NCBI GenBank assembly: GCA_965153285.1
Contig: OZ229116.1
Length of the DNA stretch: 64,000 bases
From: Podarcis tiliguerta
Taxonomy: Eukaryota
Reading direction: 5' to 3' (one strand)
Part shown: piece after piece, positions 36,601 to 53,582 of the stretch
How the letters are laid out: each line of letters starts with the position of its first letter
Position numbering within the stretch: position 1 is the first letter of the stretch
Notes under the pieces: model-generated
Told to the model about the DNA's origin: nothing
What the model saw: only the letters and a program-made list of their open reading frames with translations
Database searches by the model: none
Program-made: the position numbers and the translations under genes

Positions 36601-37704
36601 GAAACCTGATTTTATAGTTTTATTGATTTTTACATTTTCTGTACTGTATTGCTTATACACACCATTTTGAGTTTGTCATAGCTAAACAGTATAAATGAAG
36701 GAAAAAAACCCCAGCTTTATGACTGACCATTATGCAGTATGTACTGTATGCCCCAATGGTAGATGATGGCGGCCTCAGCATGATCTCATCACCAGAAATG
36801 AAGAGAAACAGCCACCAATCATAGCAAATGCTCCCTTTCATTTGAGTCTGCCTGTAGGCAGTATGCAAGAGGCCTGCCAAGGCTAGAACTGGTTGCAGTG
36901 CCAGCACTGAATTGTGTTCTCGTACTGAGATTGGGGCTCAGTTTTATAAACTGTTTTGTCTAGGTCAGGCTAATGGGCCTGATACCCTTTCGAAATTTGT
37001 AAACTAACAAGTTTAGGAATCCTAGTTTTGAAAATCCTGGAGGCCATGTGGTAAAGCATTTTAAGAGTTGGTAGGAACTACAGCAGTCGTGCACCTTTGT
37101 TGTTTGAACAATGCAGATTTTATTGGAAAGTGGGGCAGTACTAGACAGTTCTGCACTAATTGCCAGTTTGCACTAATTGACGAGCAGAGGGTGATGTTTG
37201 CAAAAGCCCAACTGAACTTACAATATCTGCTAGCACAGTACTTGAAGCAAGAAGTGGAATGACAAGATTCTAAAAATATCCTTCCTTGGGAGAGATAAAT
37301 TAGCCGGGATGATAGGCCTGATACACACATACATTCTATCTGGCATATATTAGTCTTCAATGGGAAAAGTCATTAAATTTTACCATAGACCCTTTCCCTT
37401 TCTTTTCCAATGTATTTTGGGTTGGATGCAGGTTTGCAGTGAGTAGAGTTCTGCTGACGTGACATTCCACTGGAGGAAGGGAGGGGGAGAGATGGTTTTT
37501 GCTCATTTCTCCTTTCCCCTATATGCCCCTAAAAGCAGCTCTGGAGGGTTGGAAGATCTTTGGGAGCAGCTTGGGAGGTGATGCTAGTGTGTGTGTGTGG
37601 GGGGGGAGAACAGTAAAAAAACATCTCTCCTACACTGCTTCCAGTAGAAACTTCCATAGCATTGGAGTCCTGTTTTGTTCCAACATGCAGTGTTTACTCT
37701 TAGA

Positions 37705-37966
37705 AGAATAAGAAGAAGAAGAGTTTGGATTTGATATCCCGCTTTATCACTACCCTAAGGAGTATCAAAGCGGCTAACAATCTTCTTTCCCTTCCTCCCC
37801 CACAACAAACACACTGAGGTGAGTGGGGCTGAGAGGCTTCAGAGAGAAAGAGCGAAGTGTGACTAGCCGAAGCTCACCCAGCAGCTGCATGTGGAGGAGC
37901 GGAGACGCAAACCTGGTTCACCAGATTACGAGTCCACTGCTCATAACCACTACACCACACTGGCTC
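37705..37966 (-). mobile_element. tRNA-derived squamate SINE (same family as 30927-31180)
   Basis: Aligns end to end with the 30927-31180 copy. Confidence 0.85.
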
Positions 37967-38132
37967 TTAGGACTTCAAGTTTGCAGACATGTTTTGCTTT
38001 TTTAACAGTGCCTAGCAATCTTAGGAACAAACAAACAAACAATTATCTGTGATGTCTAATAATACATTTTGTAGATAACTGAGAAAACAAACTACTATAT
38101 GCTATCATTTTAAAAAAACCCAACATTCTCTA

Positions 38133-38474
<342 letters not shown>

Positions 38475-39199
38475 TTACCGTGAAAGCTGTAAAAACTTAC
38501 TTTTATAAAATGGCTTTGTATTGCATGACATCCCATTGTGCACAGATGTCCATTAAGTGCTTACTGTTTAAAAATCAGAAGCAGATTACCAAGACTCATT
38601 CTGAACATTCTTACTGATCTCTCTGAGTATATTTTATTATATAACTTAGAACAACAAAAAAACAACTCCACCTCAGAATCATATGTTTTAAAGATACCAA
38701 ATCCAGCATAACTAAATCATGAGCTATGCACATAAATTTCAAAATTATAGGACTAAGAATTTAGCAACCAATAAATGCCATCTAAACTTTATGGTGTCAT
38801 TATCAGCTACTGTTATCTGGTAACCCTTAGTTATCTGGCCAGTGTAACTGTCTCAGGAACTTCTACCAGAACACTGCAGAGATTCAAGACCTTTCTGAAA
38901 ATCAGTATCTATAAAAATACAGTTTGGAGCATCTGGTTTCCATTGTTTAGATAGACTTTATGGAAGAAAGTATAGTAGTCCAACTACTCTGGACATCAGC
39001 TTTAGCTGCAGCAGAACAAGTACTGAAACTAATGGCTAACACTACGACAGGTGAAGCTTCTTTTGTTATGCCTGTCAGGTGCAGTGCTGGAAGGACTACA
39101 AAGTTCAAGAAGAAACAGGTTCTGTCTGAACAAACACTGTGGGATAAGACACCGTTGACATCTAAGAGGAAGTTTCAAGTCCTGACATCAAGTTGAGAG

Positions 39200-39520
39200 A
39201 GAAGGCTGGGAATGCTGTGGACATAGTGTATTTTGATCTCAGCCATCTTGATCTTAATCCCAACCAAGGTTCTGACAAAGTCCTCCATTATATTCTTGCA
39301 GAAAAGCTGGTAGAATGTGGGCTGAGCGAGGTTACCGTTAGGTGGATTTGTAGCTGGTTGACTGATTGAGCCCAAAGATTGCTTATTAATAGTTCCTCAA
39401 AAGTGACAAGTGGGCTGCTGCAGGATTCTGTCCTGGGCCCATTGTTGTTCAATGTCTTTATAAATGACTTGGATGAAGGAATTGAGGGGATGTGCATCAA
39501 ATTTGCAGAGGACACCAATT
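39200..39520 (+). mobile_element. Old CR1 RT fragment
   Basis: Degenerate homologue of 26260-26570 (GNAVD...QDSVLGP...FINDLDEG...KFAEDT). Confidence 0.85.
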
Positions 39521-39819
39521 GGGACTAGATGAGCCACTGACCAACAGACTCATATATTCTTAGTGAAGCTTTTCTTACATGGATGAATAACAATGTTTTT
39601 TCCTATTTCAGATATACCTTCGCTTCTCCTACTATTATGCGATTCATTTATTTGTAGGCAAATTTCATTTCTCCTAGGTACTGGAGAATTTAAACTCCAT
39701 ACTGCTTGATGCATTTCTGGCATGCTCCAGTAGCATTCAAGTGCTTGGTCAAAAAATAAACCACAGAAATTGCTGGGACTCATGTAGGCACAAGCCATTA
39801 GGATTCATCTGCTCACCTA

Positions 39820-39954
<135 letters not shown>

Positions 39955-40469
39955 CTATAAGTGGAAAACAAAACAAACTTTTCATTATAAAAGCACTTCT
40001 AAGAAACAAACAAAGAAAAGCACTATTTTATTTATTTAGGGGTTTATAACCCACCTTTGCATTTCGGAACAAAGAACTAAAGATGGCTAATGTAACAAAT
40101 TAAAAGCAAACAACAAGAATTTAGCAACTTTAGAAACACAACACACATTGAAAGCAGCAGAATAGAATACAAAAAGAAAAAACATTTCAGGGAGGGAGTA
40201 AAAAATAAAAATAAAATAAAAAGGATCAGGCCAAAGACTTTCCAAAAGCAAAGAAACAAAAGTTATCAAAAGGCACTGGAAAATCAACAGAGAGGAAGTA
40301 AGGTGATCTTGAATCAACTTGTTATACAAGTGATCAACTTCTGTGGTGTTGACTGGAGGGCAGTGAACCAGCATCTGCACAGCACAATCTCTACTCTACA
40401 GGATCACATGTAAACAGAGGCCAAATCACAACCCCTTAATATCAAAAACATTATTCAATCTGTTTATTA

Positions 40470-40691
<222 letters not shown>

Positions 40692-41251
40692 TCACGCTCA
40701 GAGACACTTATGGCTTGCAGCAAAATACTTGATTGAAAGATACCCTTAAGGTTATAGCCCTCTTCAGGTGCTTGATATTTGTGTTAATTTAAAACCCAAG
40801 ACATACTAGTTCCAGCTGCCATCATGATCAGCCTGCACAAGTTTATGGACAATCTTTGGAAGCAGTGAGCTTCCTGTTCTTCTAGAGGTTTCCCATGTGT
40901 TTTGGAATCCTAGAAAATCCAGGCTCTAAAACTCACAAGAGGCCTCTGTGAATTCAGGAGGCTCCCTGCTTCAGAAGATAGCCTTTAACATCATGTAAGA
41001 GTGCACAAAATTCTAAACCACTCACTGTACCCAATAATCCACTGCACCAGAAGATGGTCCTAGTAGAAGAAATTCACAGAAACACACTGCTGAAAATACA
41101 GGAAGTTCTATCAAAGTCCAGTTGTGATCTCATTTTTTAATGACTGGTGGTATGAATACTTATTGACTGATTTAAAACATTTCTGTACAACGTTTCATCA
41201 AAACTGATACCAGGATAGAATATAGATAATAATTTTTAAAAAACCTAAACA

Positions 41252-41587
41252 AAGGTAAAGGTAAAGGGACCCCTGACCATTAGGTCCAGTCATGGCTGAC
41301 TCTGGGGTTGCGGCGCTCATCTCACTTTATTGGCTGAGGGCGCCGGCGTACAGCTTCTGGGTCATGTGGCCATCATGACTAAGCCGCTTCTGGCGAACCA
41401 GAGCAGCACACGGAAACGCCGTTTACCTTCCTGCCACTTGCACTCTGACGTGCTTTCGAACTGCTAGGTTGGCAGGAGCAGGGACCGAGCAACGGGAGCT
41501 CACCCCGTTGCGGGGATTCGAACCGCCAATCTTCTGATTGGCAAGTCCTAGGATCTGTGATTTAACCCACAGCGCCACCCGCGTCCC
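41252..41587 (-). mobile_element. Sauria SINE with a small internal deletion
   Basis: Same family as 742-1100; lacks the ggtacctatttatct segment; TSD-like aaaacctaa on both sides. Confidence 0.92.
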
Positions 41588-42155
41588 TATAAAACCTAAT
41601 ACAATATAATAAAACATTCACACTAGAAATAAAAGACAGCAGATACAATTATAACACAGGCTAAGGGGTTGTACAAATTAAAATGCATGGGTAAATAAAC
41701 TGTACTTCTGAGGACAACACTTAAGACCAGGAACTTAGCAGAAAATGTTAAGACATAGGCAGGCTGGTATGTGAAGAGATGATCCCTAAGGTAGTTGGGG
41801 CACAAGCCAAGTAAGGCTTTAAAGGTATGTATCAGCACTTGAACATCATTCTACACCCTGTGTCATAGCTTCAATTTCAGTTTTTGGACATCAAGGTTCT
41901 GCCACACGGATACTTAAAGGAGCCAGACACGAAACAATACTCATAGACAAAAGGCATTGCTGTCCTGGGAGGCCACAGTTCACATGCAAGCATTCCACAC
42001 ACAGATGCACAATGTAAACTTCACTCATATCTGTTTTTGTCTGTGTGTGAATGATCCATATGCACAATGGTCAAAAGAATGAAGATGCCCTTGCGGTAAA
42101 GGGTATATAAGATTAAGGAAAATAGATGTGGAAGATTCTATGTCTTCTTGGACTA

Positions 42156-42341
<186 letters not shown>

Positions 42342-42863
42342 CTAAGGAAATGACATAAAGCAGAATTGCTGGAACAACTTGAACAAGGAATGAACTCAAG
42401 AATTTATTATCCATTCCGCTGAACCTGAGCAACACCTGTTTTTACCCTTTTGCACTGACAGTTAAGTTATAATAATAATTAATAATAATTATTAATGCAC
42501 TGCTGTTCTGCACTAGAAATCCTAATTACAAGCCAGAGAAAAAAGAAAAGAAAAAAGTGAACAAATACAAGCTTTAAAAAATTAGGGCAAGGATACAAAG
42601 GACAAATAAGTTGGGTGTGTAAAAGGGTGGTTTCTATTTGTTTCTCTGAAACATCAATACCCCATTCTGGTGTGATGGATTGTTTACGAAAAAAAGAGGA
42701 GTTTCAGATGCAGTTGTTGATAAAGCATGGGAGTCAGTTCAAAATTATAAGCAAGAAAAAATATTTGAGGGTGTAAAAAGGATTCTAGAAAATGCAACCG
42801 ATTTTACTGCTTGACCTACTCTTAAATCTCTCTCACCCCCCCCCCCAAGAGTGGCAACAGTTA

Positions 42864-43088
<225 letters not shown>

Positions 43089-43674
43089 CTACAATGTAAG
43101 AAAAATAAAATTCAGCATCTTAAAAGATACAGATTCAAATAGTAATATAACTTTACAGCGTTTCTTTTCAATGGATATGAAGATTCTTTGCACAAGAAAG
43201 CAAAATTCTGGACAACTATTTTGCAGTTATTTATGAGTTACGTTCCACCATGATGCAGTTAGTGAGATACAATATATTTTGAAACTGGGCATATCTTTCT
43301 TCCAGGCATCTATAAACCTGTGTGTGTACATCTGTGAGAAAGAGGATGTGATTGTAGATAGTTCACCCCCCCTTCCCCACTTGACTCGTAGAGTGAGGAT
43401 GAGAGGTCTGGGTTGATTCTCAAATTACTGTTGAGGGTCCTGAGTCTACTAAACTATATATAGTATTGTCTTCTCCTTGTTACACAAGTGAGCAAGACAT
43501 CAAACGCTGTTGAGATTTTGGCAAAGAACTGGTGGAATAAAGAGCAGCAACTCTGGTTTATTAATTACTATACTATGCTAACTGTTAGAACAAAACTAAC
43601 TACATCTTTATAGCATTCTAAAGCATTAACATACTTCACAGAGAAAGGCACTAATTGGAAGCATAAAATGATCA

Positions 43675-43791
<117 letters not shown>

Positions 43792-43982
43792 TTAAGGATG
43801 TGCACTTTCAATTTCTCTGCTTTAGGAGCCAGTTTTAAACAGAAACAGTCATAAGAGTATAAGCCACGAGCTCCCTGTTATGCCATTCTGCCTCCTCCAA
43901 AGAAGATGGGGGTAATCTCAAATTACTTCAGTCTAGGATGCTGGGCAGTTGTATATGTTTTGTCTGCCCCTATGTTGTTGAC

Positions 43983-44117
43983 CAGGCATAGGCAAACTCG
44001 GCCCGCCAGATGTTTTGGGACTACAACTCCCATCATCCCAACTAACAGGGTCAGTGGTCAGGGATGATGGGAACTGTAGTCTCAAAACATTTGGAGGGCA
44101 GAGTTTGCCTATGCCTG
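43983..44117. mobile_element. Palindromic hAT MITE
   Basis: TIRs CAGGCATAGGCAAACTC; perfect 8-bp TSD ttgttgac; older relatives near 6140-6270, 17610-17730, 31702-31833 and 47020-47115. Confidence 0.9.
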
Positions 44118-44682
44118 TTGTTGACTAATGACCTAGAGGTGACTTAGCAATTCTGTTTTTTTGTGTGTTTTTTCCTTTCTTGAGAAATCTGGAAACTGCA
44201 CTCTCAGTTGAGCATTCCTGCTGCTGCTGCTGCTCGCCTCCTTTGTTTTTATTCTCTTTCAACTATGTGTGAAGACTGCAAGGAGAGGCCCATTCTTTGT
44301 TTTGTCTTCAATAATCTTCCCTTATCTGCAGATTCTGTATGAACTATTTCTAATAGCACATGTATTTCAAATTGCAATTAGATATTTTAAACCACTTTTT
44401 TCAAGTACCTTTTGAATTTTCCAAAGTTCAAACCCACCAACAGAATTCCAGCGGAAAGTTGATTTTCCACTGTATATTCACAGGTATGTCACACAGCAGG
44501 TTTGTCACACAGCAGGTATACACACACGTGTACAAACAAGTTTTGTTAGAGCAGATCACTAACACCAATTGAGGCCTTTTATGCTAATAACTGATGGATG
44601 TCAACTTCTACGTTCTTCCCAATGAAAACAGATCTCCAAATAATCACCTCTAAAGAAAAATATAGAAACACACAAATACTTA

Positions 44683-45006
<324 letters not shown>

Positions 45007-46049
45007 TTAACAAAGATCTTCTAAATTGCTGGACTTACTGTTGTTCTGTTATTTTAGTGTATATCTTTGACCATGAGGTAATATTTTATTGATCTATACT
45101 TTTATTCAGATAAAAATAATAATTCTACACATGGTACAGAAAGACTTGCAATGATGATGCAGATGTAGTGGATTATGCTAGATAAAACCGGAAGAGGATT
45201 CTATAAAATCAAAATATAACAATTTCATGAGCTGTACTTTCAGCTCCCTTCCAAAGCCAGCTGAGCCATTTTTAGTTAAGACTTAGCAAAAATTAACACT
45301 AGAACAGGATAATTTTAGCTCCGGAACTTAAAGATTTGACCATTCCGATGAATGAACATTGATTGTAATTCTGCTTTATGATGTCAAGTATTTAGCTGAG
45401 CAGCTTGCTTCACTTCCTGCATCATAAATATCACTTGGCAGCCAAGAATCGAATCTGCAAAGTATTGTTATGGAAAAGCAAGTCTAAAATGAAGGCAATA
45501 CTAGTAATAGCTCTGCAGGTTGCACAGAAACAGCAATAACAGAGCTCTTGTCCTGTTCACTAATAATATATGCACAAGACAATTAGTCTTCACCTGCCTT
45601 CTCATTATGTGTGCAGGAGAAAGCATTTGCTAATCATTTAATTCAGCTAGAACAAGTATTTCAGCTGATGCTGCATGATGAATAGATTATAACTGATGTC
45701 TAGTTGCGTCATGCTATTTGTTTTTAAGATACAACTTCTGTGGCTCACATATACACTAAGTACATAGATAACAGAACTAAAACTGAACTATGGGAGCTCA
45801 TAATAAAAAAAGAAGCAGCACACCAGCACACAATATAACCATTGGGTTGTATCCGACCAAGTTGCCCTGTTAATGCACATACTTCCTACAAATCTGCTTG
45901 GGAAAGGCTGGGGAACCCCCAGAACAGTTGAGGGATTGTACAGAAGGAGCAGAGGGGAAGTCCTGTTGTGCAGGCAGAAGTCCCTGCACGAATGGGATGA
46001 CTTCATTGGTTACATCCCATCAGCTTACCCAACTTCTTTAGAAAGATCA

Positions 46050-46265
<216 letters not shown>

Positions 46266-46940
46266 TTATTTCTTTATATCCTGCTTTTCCAGCTTAAATA
46301 GCTTCCACAAAGCAGTTTGCATCTATTAAAATACATTTTAACACAATATAATAAACAGTAATCTCAAAAAACAAGCTATAATATAAAAAATATAAAATAC
46401 ATTGACAGGAAAACTGAAAACAGAAGAATTAAAAATATCCCAATCCAAATAATGTAAAAGACCAAGAAATAAACCATAAAAAAACTTCAAACCATTATCA
46501 GTAATTAAAAGCAGATAGGACTAAAAAGGTATTTAATGCCTGCTTGAAAGCAATTAAAAATAGAAGGCCAAACATATATCCCATGGGAGGGGGACACAAT
46601 AGTGTGTCTGTGAGCAGGGCTTCTGGAGCCAATCTTAGGGCCCCAGCCAGTTTATATAGGTCGCAAATCATTTAGTGCTTTAAAAGGAAGTCATAAGCAC
46701 AGGAACATGGCCAGTTATTAGCGGCAGCACAAGGGGTGGTATCCAATGCAAAAGTTCTTTTAGCACAAGGACTTCAGACTCTGCAAGGAAACTCCGCATT
46801 TTCTCCATACACCCCCTAAATGTCTTCTGCAGAGGATGCCAGGGGCACACGGGGAGAGGAGGTGGGGGGTGTGTGTTCTGCTGCACAGGTGGAAATCCTT
46901 GCGTCAACAGCGCTACTTCGTTAGGTGTTGCCCACATTCA

Positions 46941-47219
<279 letters not shown>

Positions 47220-48731
47220 CTAAGGAAACCATTTAATGAAACAAAAATAAACCTAAATTAGCATCTAGGACAGGATGACAACTAATTAAAAACAGGAAGT
47301 CACCATTCAGAATTGTACAATTTCTGTTGCAATCCAGAAAACCTGGCTGCAGAAATAGGATAAAAACTCAATCCTGATTAATATTTCCACTTCTTATATT
47401 CATCAACAGGAGCTAGCTGCATTAGGGTTGGTGGTGGCAACTCAAGATCATGGGTAGTATATTGAAGTGTAGTTTCACTTGAAAAACCTGCTGCTAGTTT
47501 GGCAATTTAACTCATCCCTGCTCTGAAACTATTACAAATTTGTAAACAGGGTCAGTTAAAAATTAGGAACGTTTAACTTCCAAAGATTGCTGTGAAAGAA
47601 CATGTGCTTACACCTGTCCCACTGAAATCTATGGGACTGTCACTGTGCAAATCCTACTCATATGGACATGCAAGTTCCATTGAATTCAATGGGACATAAG
47701 AACATTAGAAGACCCCTGCTGGATCAGACCAAAGGCCTCTCTAGTTCAACATACTGATCTCCAAGGGGCTAACCTGATGCCCATAGTTTGTAGCATAGCT
47801 GTGGTTGGACAGTGGCAGTTCTCCCTCTGCAAAAACAGACTGGATATTGGGTTGCACCCAATGCTCTTCCTCTACTCTTCATGTGCCCTTAAAACATCTG
47901 GAACAGATTTTGAGAGAGCATGGGGTGCTGAAGGGAAGAGGAGAGAAGAGGAGACTTCTATTGCCCAGGTGGAAATCTGCTGCATTAGTGGGACAGCAAT
48001 GTTGGATACGAAACACTGTACTCCAACTCAAGTTTTATTTCATTTGAAAAAAATATTTTTGTTTAGCTTTAAAACACTGAAAGACAAATGTGCCCTGCCA
48101 GTGTCAATAACCCATTATTTCTATATTGCAAGGCAGCAGCTATGGTGGGGGTATGAATGGGAGAGTGTGGCTTGCAACAGTCCTCCAATGTAGTCCATTG
48201 TAAATATTACAGTTTGGAGGCAGGGCTGAGTCTGGCTTGGATCTCTAGTCAAAATTCTGCATACAAGTCCCCTCTCAGTTTCTAGCAAAGGCCAGTCTAC
48301 TTAATTTGCCTGTATCTGCTGTGAGGTCTCTCTCTTTTAAATCTTTTGCTATTGGAAGACAAATCAAGAAGTGATACCTTACCACTGAAACCATTTTTCT
48401 TTCTCCAGAAAACAGCAGAACTGGAGCTTGTGCAAAAAAATGCTAAACCTGATACAATTTCTCATTTAGAAGACAAAATTAACCACAGTATCAGATGGGC
48501 AATTTAATTATTAGGGCTCTGCACAAGGCTCCCCCTACCCTTGAGATTTAGGTGACCCTACCAGGGCTAACCCGGGAGAGACTCACCCCACCATGGGTCC
48601 AGTTCCAACATAGTTTGGGGGGCAAGGCTTATGTTTAATTAGTTTAAAAAACCCTAATAAACCATTCCTCTCCCAACTGACCGGGGGTGGGGTCTGCCGA
48701 GAATTCACTTGCAAAAGAGTGCCCTGCGTCA

Positions 48732-48968
<237 letters not shown>

Positions 48969-49288
48969 TCATTAAATCCAAGAAGCTGTAACTACATGTA
49001 TGTTGAATCATATCATACAATTTCTACAACTGAATTTAAAATAGTGGTTGCTTTTGCTGAAGTTACCAGAGCTTGATGAAAATTAGGATTTGGAGCATTT
49101 TTTAAAAAACTAGCTCTATTTACTACTGCATGCACATAGAGGAAGAAGTAAAGTATAAAGGACAAATACAGAGAATATTTTACAGGTACAACTTGCCTCA
49201 ATGGTCTGGTGAGAAAAGCAAAAAGGGAAAACAAAACACACAAACATTTAGATGTCGTATCTAACATTTATATGTGCACAATTGTTTA

Positions 49289-49423
<135 letters not shown>

Positions 49424-50312
49424 CTACAACATTAGAATACAAATGTGTTAGGTGCAATGACAGAAAGGTGTCCTAACAGAGACAAACAGAAAAGCTATTC
49501 TTATACGGGGTCTCTACACCTGTATCTAGCAGTGATTCAGAAAATGGGGAGGCACCTGACTTGGGAACTGTGTTTAGACAACAGTTACCCACACTTTTTA
49601 CTGGAGCTTTTGTGCAATGAGCCAATGTGATGCACAGTTATATGCTGCTACACTGGCCATGTGGATTTCATCACCTGCAGTAATCCTTCAGTGAACTGAG
49701 TCACACTGGCAACTTGCAGGGACAGGCAGAGGTGCCGCTTCAAAAAAAGTTGTCCAGACGTGTTCTTAGGTAACAGAAGAGCTAACTTAAAGTTGCTGTG
49801 CTCTATCAGGGGATAATTAATCTTTAATTGGAAAATGTTGTTAGCTATAGCTGTAAAAAAAAAATCACCTCCTGATATAAAAAAACTCTGTGTAGTCTCT
49901 TTTTATAAAGGCAACCATTATCAAATAAAAAGAGCAGCTAAAGAATAATATAATTATTCTTCATTTGTTTTGAATTCCAAGGATGATCTGCAGCCATGAC
50001 TTCAGAGTTATAAAAACCGTAAGACAAAGAAAGTCAGGATTTTCCCTGTCATCCTGATATGTGTAAGCATCATGAACAAGTACCATGGATCCAGTGCCCA
50101 ACTATTTATTTCCATAAGCCGCCAATACAGCAGATCTTCATTAGCAGAAGACTCAGCCTTCCCTGACCCACCAGACCTACTTGGTTATCCCTGACTGAAC
50201 CCTTCTACTATTACTATTATTATTTCAATTTATTGCCTGCACTGCACTCTACAGATCCAGGGCAGATTACAACAATTTAAAATACATTTAAAACAGTTTA
50301 GAACAGCTTATA

Positions 50313-50541
50313 CAGTAGTAACGCTTCAGGTTACATATGCTTCAGGTTACACACTCCGCTAACCCCGAAATAGTGCTTCAGGTTAAGAACTTTGCTTCAG
50401 GATGAGAACAGAAATCGTGCTCCGGCGGTGTGGCAGCAGCAGGAGGCCCCATTAGCTAAAGTGATGCTTCAGGTTAAGAACAGTTTCAGGTTAAGTATGG
50501 ACCTCCGGAACGAATTAAGTACTTAACCTGAGGTACCACTG
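50313..50541 (+). mobile_element. Tigger/pogo-like MITE, same family as 6653
   Basis: TA-flanked, same internal sequence, damaged left TIR. Confidence 0.88.
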
Positions 50542-51456
50542 TAATCACAAAAAGACTAGAAGGTAAAAGCTTGAAGGTCAGGTTCAGTGTTTTTGGCTCA
50601 GGCTCCCATTTTGTGCTTCTTAGCTTTTCTTTCCTCCTAGCCTACATCTAGCCTGGGAGAGCTCCGGAAGTCAGAGGCAGAGAACAAACTGCATGCAGAA
50701 TGCCCCAGAATTGATTCCCAGCACTTTCGGGTAAGATTGGGAAAGACTCTGGTCTCAAACCCTGGGAAGCTGATGCCATTTAGAGTAACAATATTGACCA
50801 AGAGGGACTGATTTGGCAAAAGGCAGATTTCTGTGGTCCATTACTCCCCACTTGTCAGTCTCTGCTTCCTTAGACTATTTGCAACTTTGGCTTCATTGAT
50901 CTCTGACTCTCCTTCATACAACTTACTATGATGTGACCATTTTTCTGGCTCACAATCCCGACTTTTCCTGGCAATAAACTGTTTCCTAGTGGGTCTTCTT
51001 CCACATTTCACCAAAACCCTCCATGATCATGATCTTGTTCAAACCAGATACTTGGGCCATATAACAGCCATATTCTCCCAACATCTCCCTAGATCTATTT
51101 ACCCAAGTTAACCCCCAGTATCTACTCTGATGCTTTCCTCAACATGAGGCACAGAAGAAGACCTACGATCAGAAACATATATCCTGCAACAGTTGGTATG
51201 GTGTAGTATAGTGGTCAAGTGTGCGTACTACTTAAGTCCTCAGTCATTAACACACTAGGATTTAATTAACCTTTGCCCTCCCCATCCACTATATAGGAAT
51301 AATAATAATATAATAATAATAATAATGGCCAATTTACAAAAATTGTAAAGATTACTGGGGTTATGTACATGAAGAGCTTTGGATACCTCCAAACTGATAT
51401 AAAACTGTAAATATTATGTGTAAAAAGTATTGTCTGCTAGGACTCCCAATCGTTCA

Positions 51457-51579
<123 letters not shown>

Positions 51580-51667
51580 TCAAGAGTTATGGCTCTGCTG
51601 CATTTCGTACAGAAATCAGCAAGCATATAGTAAAGGAATTAACATTTGATGAGGAGAGAAAACTTAC

Positions 51668-51724
51668 ATCAGTCTGAATGCGAGCTTCCGACTGGTTCAT
51701 TTCATAGTTGACTGAGAAGGAAAC
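51668..51724 (-). CDS. TMEM67: TMEM67 exon 15
   Basis: VSFSVNYEMNQSEARIQTD; 57 nt. Confidence 0.93.
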
Positions 51725-53495
51725 CTGAACAGTGAAACAATTCCATTAACACTCCAATAAATCATTCTATCCTGAATGCCACATTTCATGCTGCATTAAA
51801 TTACAATACATAAAAAATAAATAAGTAAAACAGAATGTTAAGTTAAGGGTTGCTAATTCAAAGTGTTGAGCACTTTTAAAAGTTTTGGCACAAGAATTTG
51901 TTGGCATGAAAGCATGAAAAGAGGGAGAATTACATTAAGAAAAGCTGTGGTTGCATTGACAACAGAAATACTAGTTTTGCATGAAAATTGCCTGCAATTG
52001 TATGAAATTATTTTTAACCGAGGAATGAATATAGTGTTGGAAATGCCTGCCAATATCTATGGTCTATATACAGAATTTTATCTGGGATCTGGAAGATACT
52101 ACAACAGATCACTTATGCCAATACTCAGTAAGTGAACTTTGCAAAATTTGTAGATAGTTTGGTTTGGGAATTATGGAGTTAATTTGCTTCCTAATGCCAA
52201 CATTGACTGGCAGGTATTCACTTCAGGAGGCATTAAAAGTATGGATTTCAGGCAGTCTGACTTGCAGAGGGAATTAAGACTAAAGTGTACTTTCTTGATG
52301 TTTGGTTTGTTTGTGGATTGGGATATAAGAAACAGGGTAGCCTGGAGAGATAGAGAGGTGGCTCCCAGGAAGATCTGAAGAATTTCAAGCTCCCTATCAG
52401 AATTTTAGCCAGCAGGAAGCCTTTTAGATAAAATTAGCTAGATGTGTTCATCTTGTTTTAATCATCCTTTTGCTCTTTTGGGATTGATTTGTGTGCTTGC
52501 AACCATTCAGAAGATAAATCTTTTACCTAAGAATAACCTCCTTATAAAGTAAGCTTATAAATTAGGTTCATAAAGCCTTGTGGTCTCTGTGTGTCTATGA
52601 CGCCACGTTACCTAAAGATGATGTCGTCAAGACCCAGGAAAGCTTTGGACTGTTTGGTAGAGGCAGCTACTGGCAGCAGTGAACCAGGGTGCAGCTGGGG
52701 ACATGCGACACCACTGCTCAAGCCCATCCTGCAATCACTGCTCCTGCAATGAGTAACTGCTGGTTGCAATTATAAGGCTGAGCTTTTATTATTTTTTTGG
52801 CAAAGTTAAGTTTCTAAGCTATTTTGGGGGAAATAAAACAAAAAACAAAAATACACAACACTTCTGATATGGGTTGCCATACAACTGGGTTTCCCTGGAC
52901 ATTTCAAGCGGTTTTCGAAAATTCCACCCAGACGCCATTTTTGAAGGATGAATCCCAGCTATGTCCAGGAAATTCCAGATGCAGCCCTATTTAGGAACCA
53001 AGACGTAAGAGGAGGAGAGGAGCAGGACCATACACATGAGAATGTAAGTAAAACCTCCTGAATCAGGCCAAATGTAGTCATGCAACCGGTCCTCACAGGC
53101 CAATCAGATGCCCATGGGAAGCCCAAATGCAGGCCATGAGCATAACAGCAAGTGGTATTCAGAGACATGTTGCCTCCAACACAGCTACACACATGGGGAA
53201 AGCAGAAACTACTACTTGTTCATCAGAACCATTTCTTCCCCTATAAGTTTGAACAAAACTGAAGAATCTTCATAGATGAATTTGCTGCCTTTTGGACAGT
53301 CATCAGGCAGGCAGGGTACAAAAAGGAAGGGCTCATTTTTATTTAGTATATTCTGACACTTTTAAAAACATGCCCGATTTTGCTGTTAATTTAAAATGTG
53401 AAATCTGTACCGTTATGGCCCTATTATTTTTGCTAGTTCGTAAACAGTGTTCATTATTCGATTCCTTGGCATTATGTACCTCACTATACCATTTT

Positions 53496-53522
53496 TGATT
53501 GATTGATTGATTGATTGATTGA
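53496..53522. repeat. (GATT)n microsatellite
   Basis: About 6 units. Confidence 0.9.
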
Positions 53523-53582
53523 GTTACTGTTGAATGATGCCAGGGAAATTCAAGTAATTGCTGGAGCTACATAGGAACTCAC

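Noticed and set aside
38960-39196. 78-aa ATG-initiated ORF antisense in a TMEM67 intron
   Set aside because: No recognisable homology or splice structure, it abuts a CR1 remnant, and its length is within chance expectation.
45150-45700. C/D-box snoRNA (ATGATGA...CTGA motifs)
   Set aside because: The motifs are antisense to the host gene TMEM67, their spacing is unsuitable and no terminal stem is seen.
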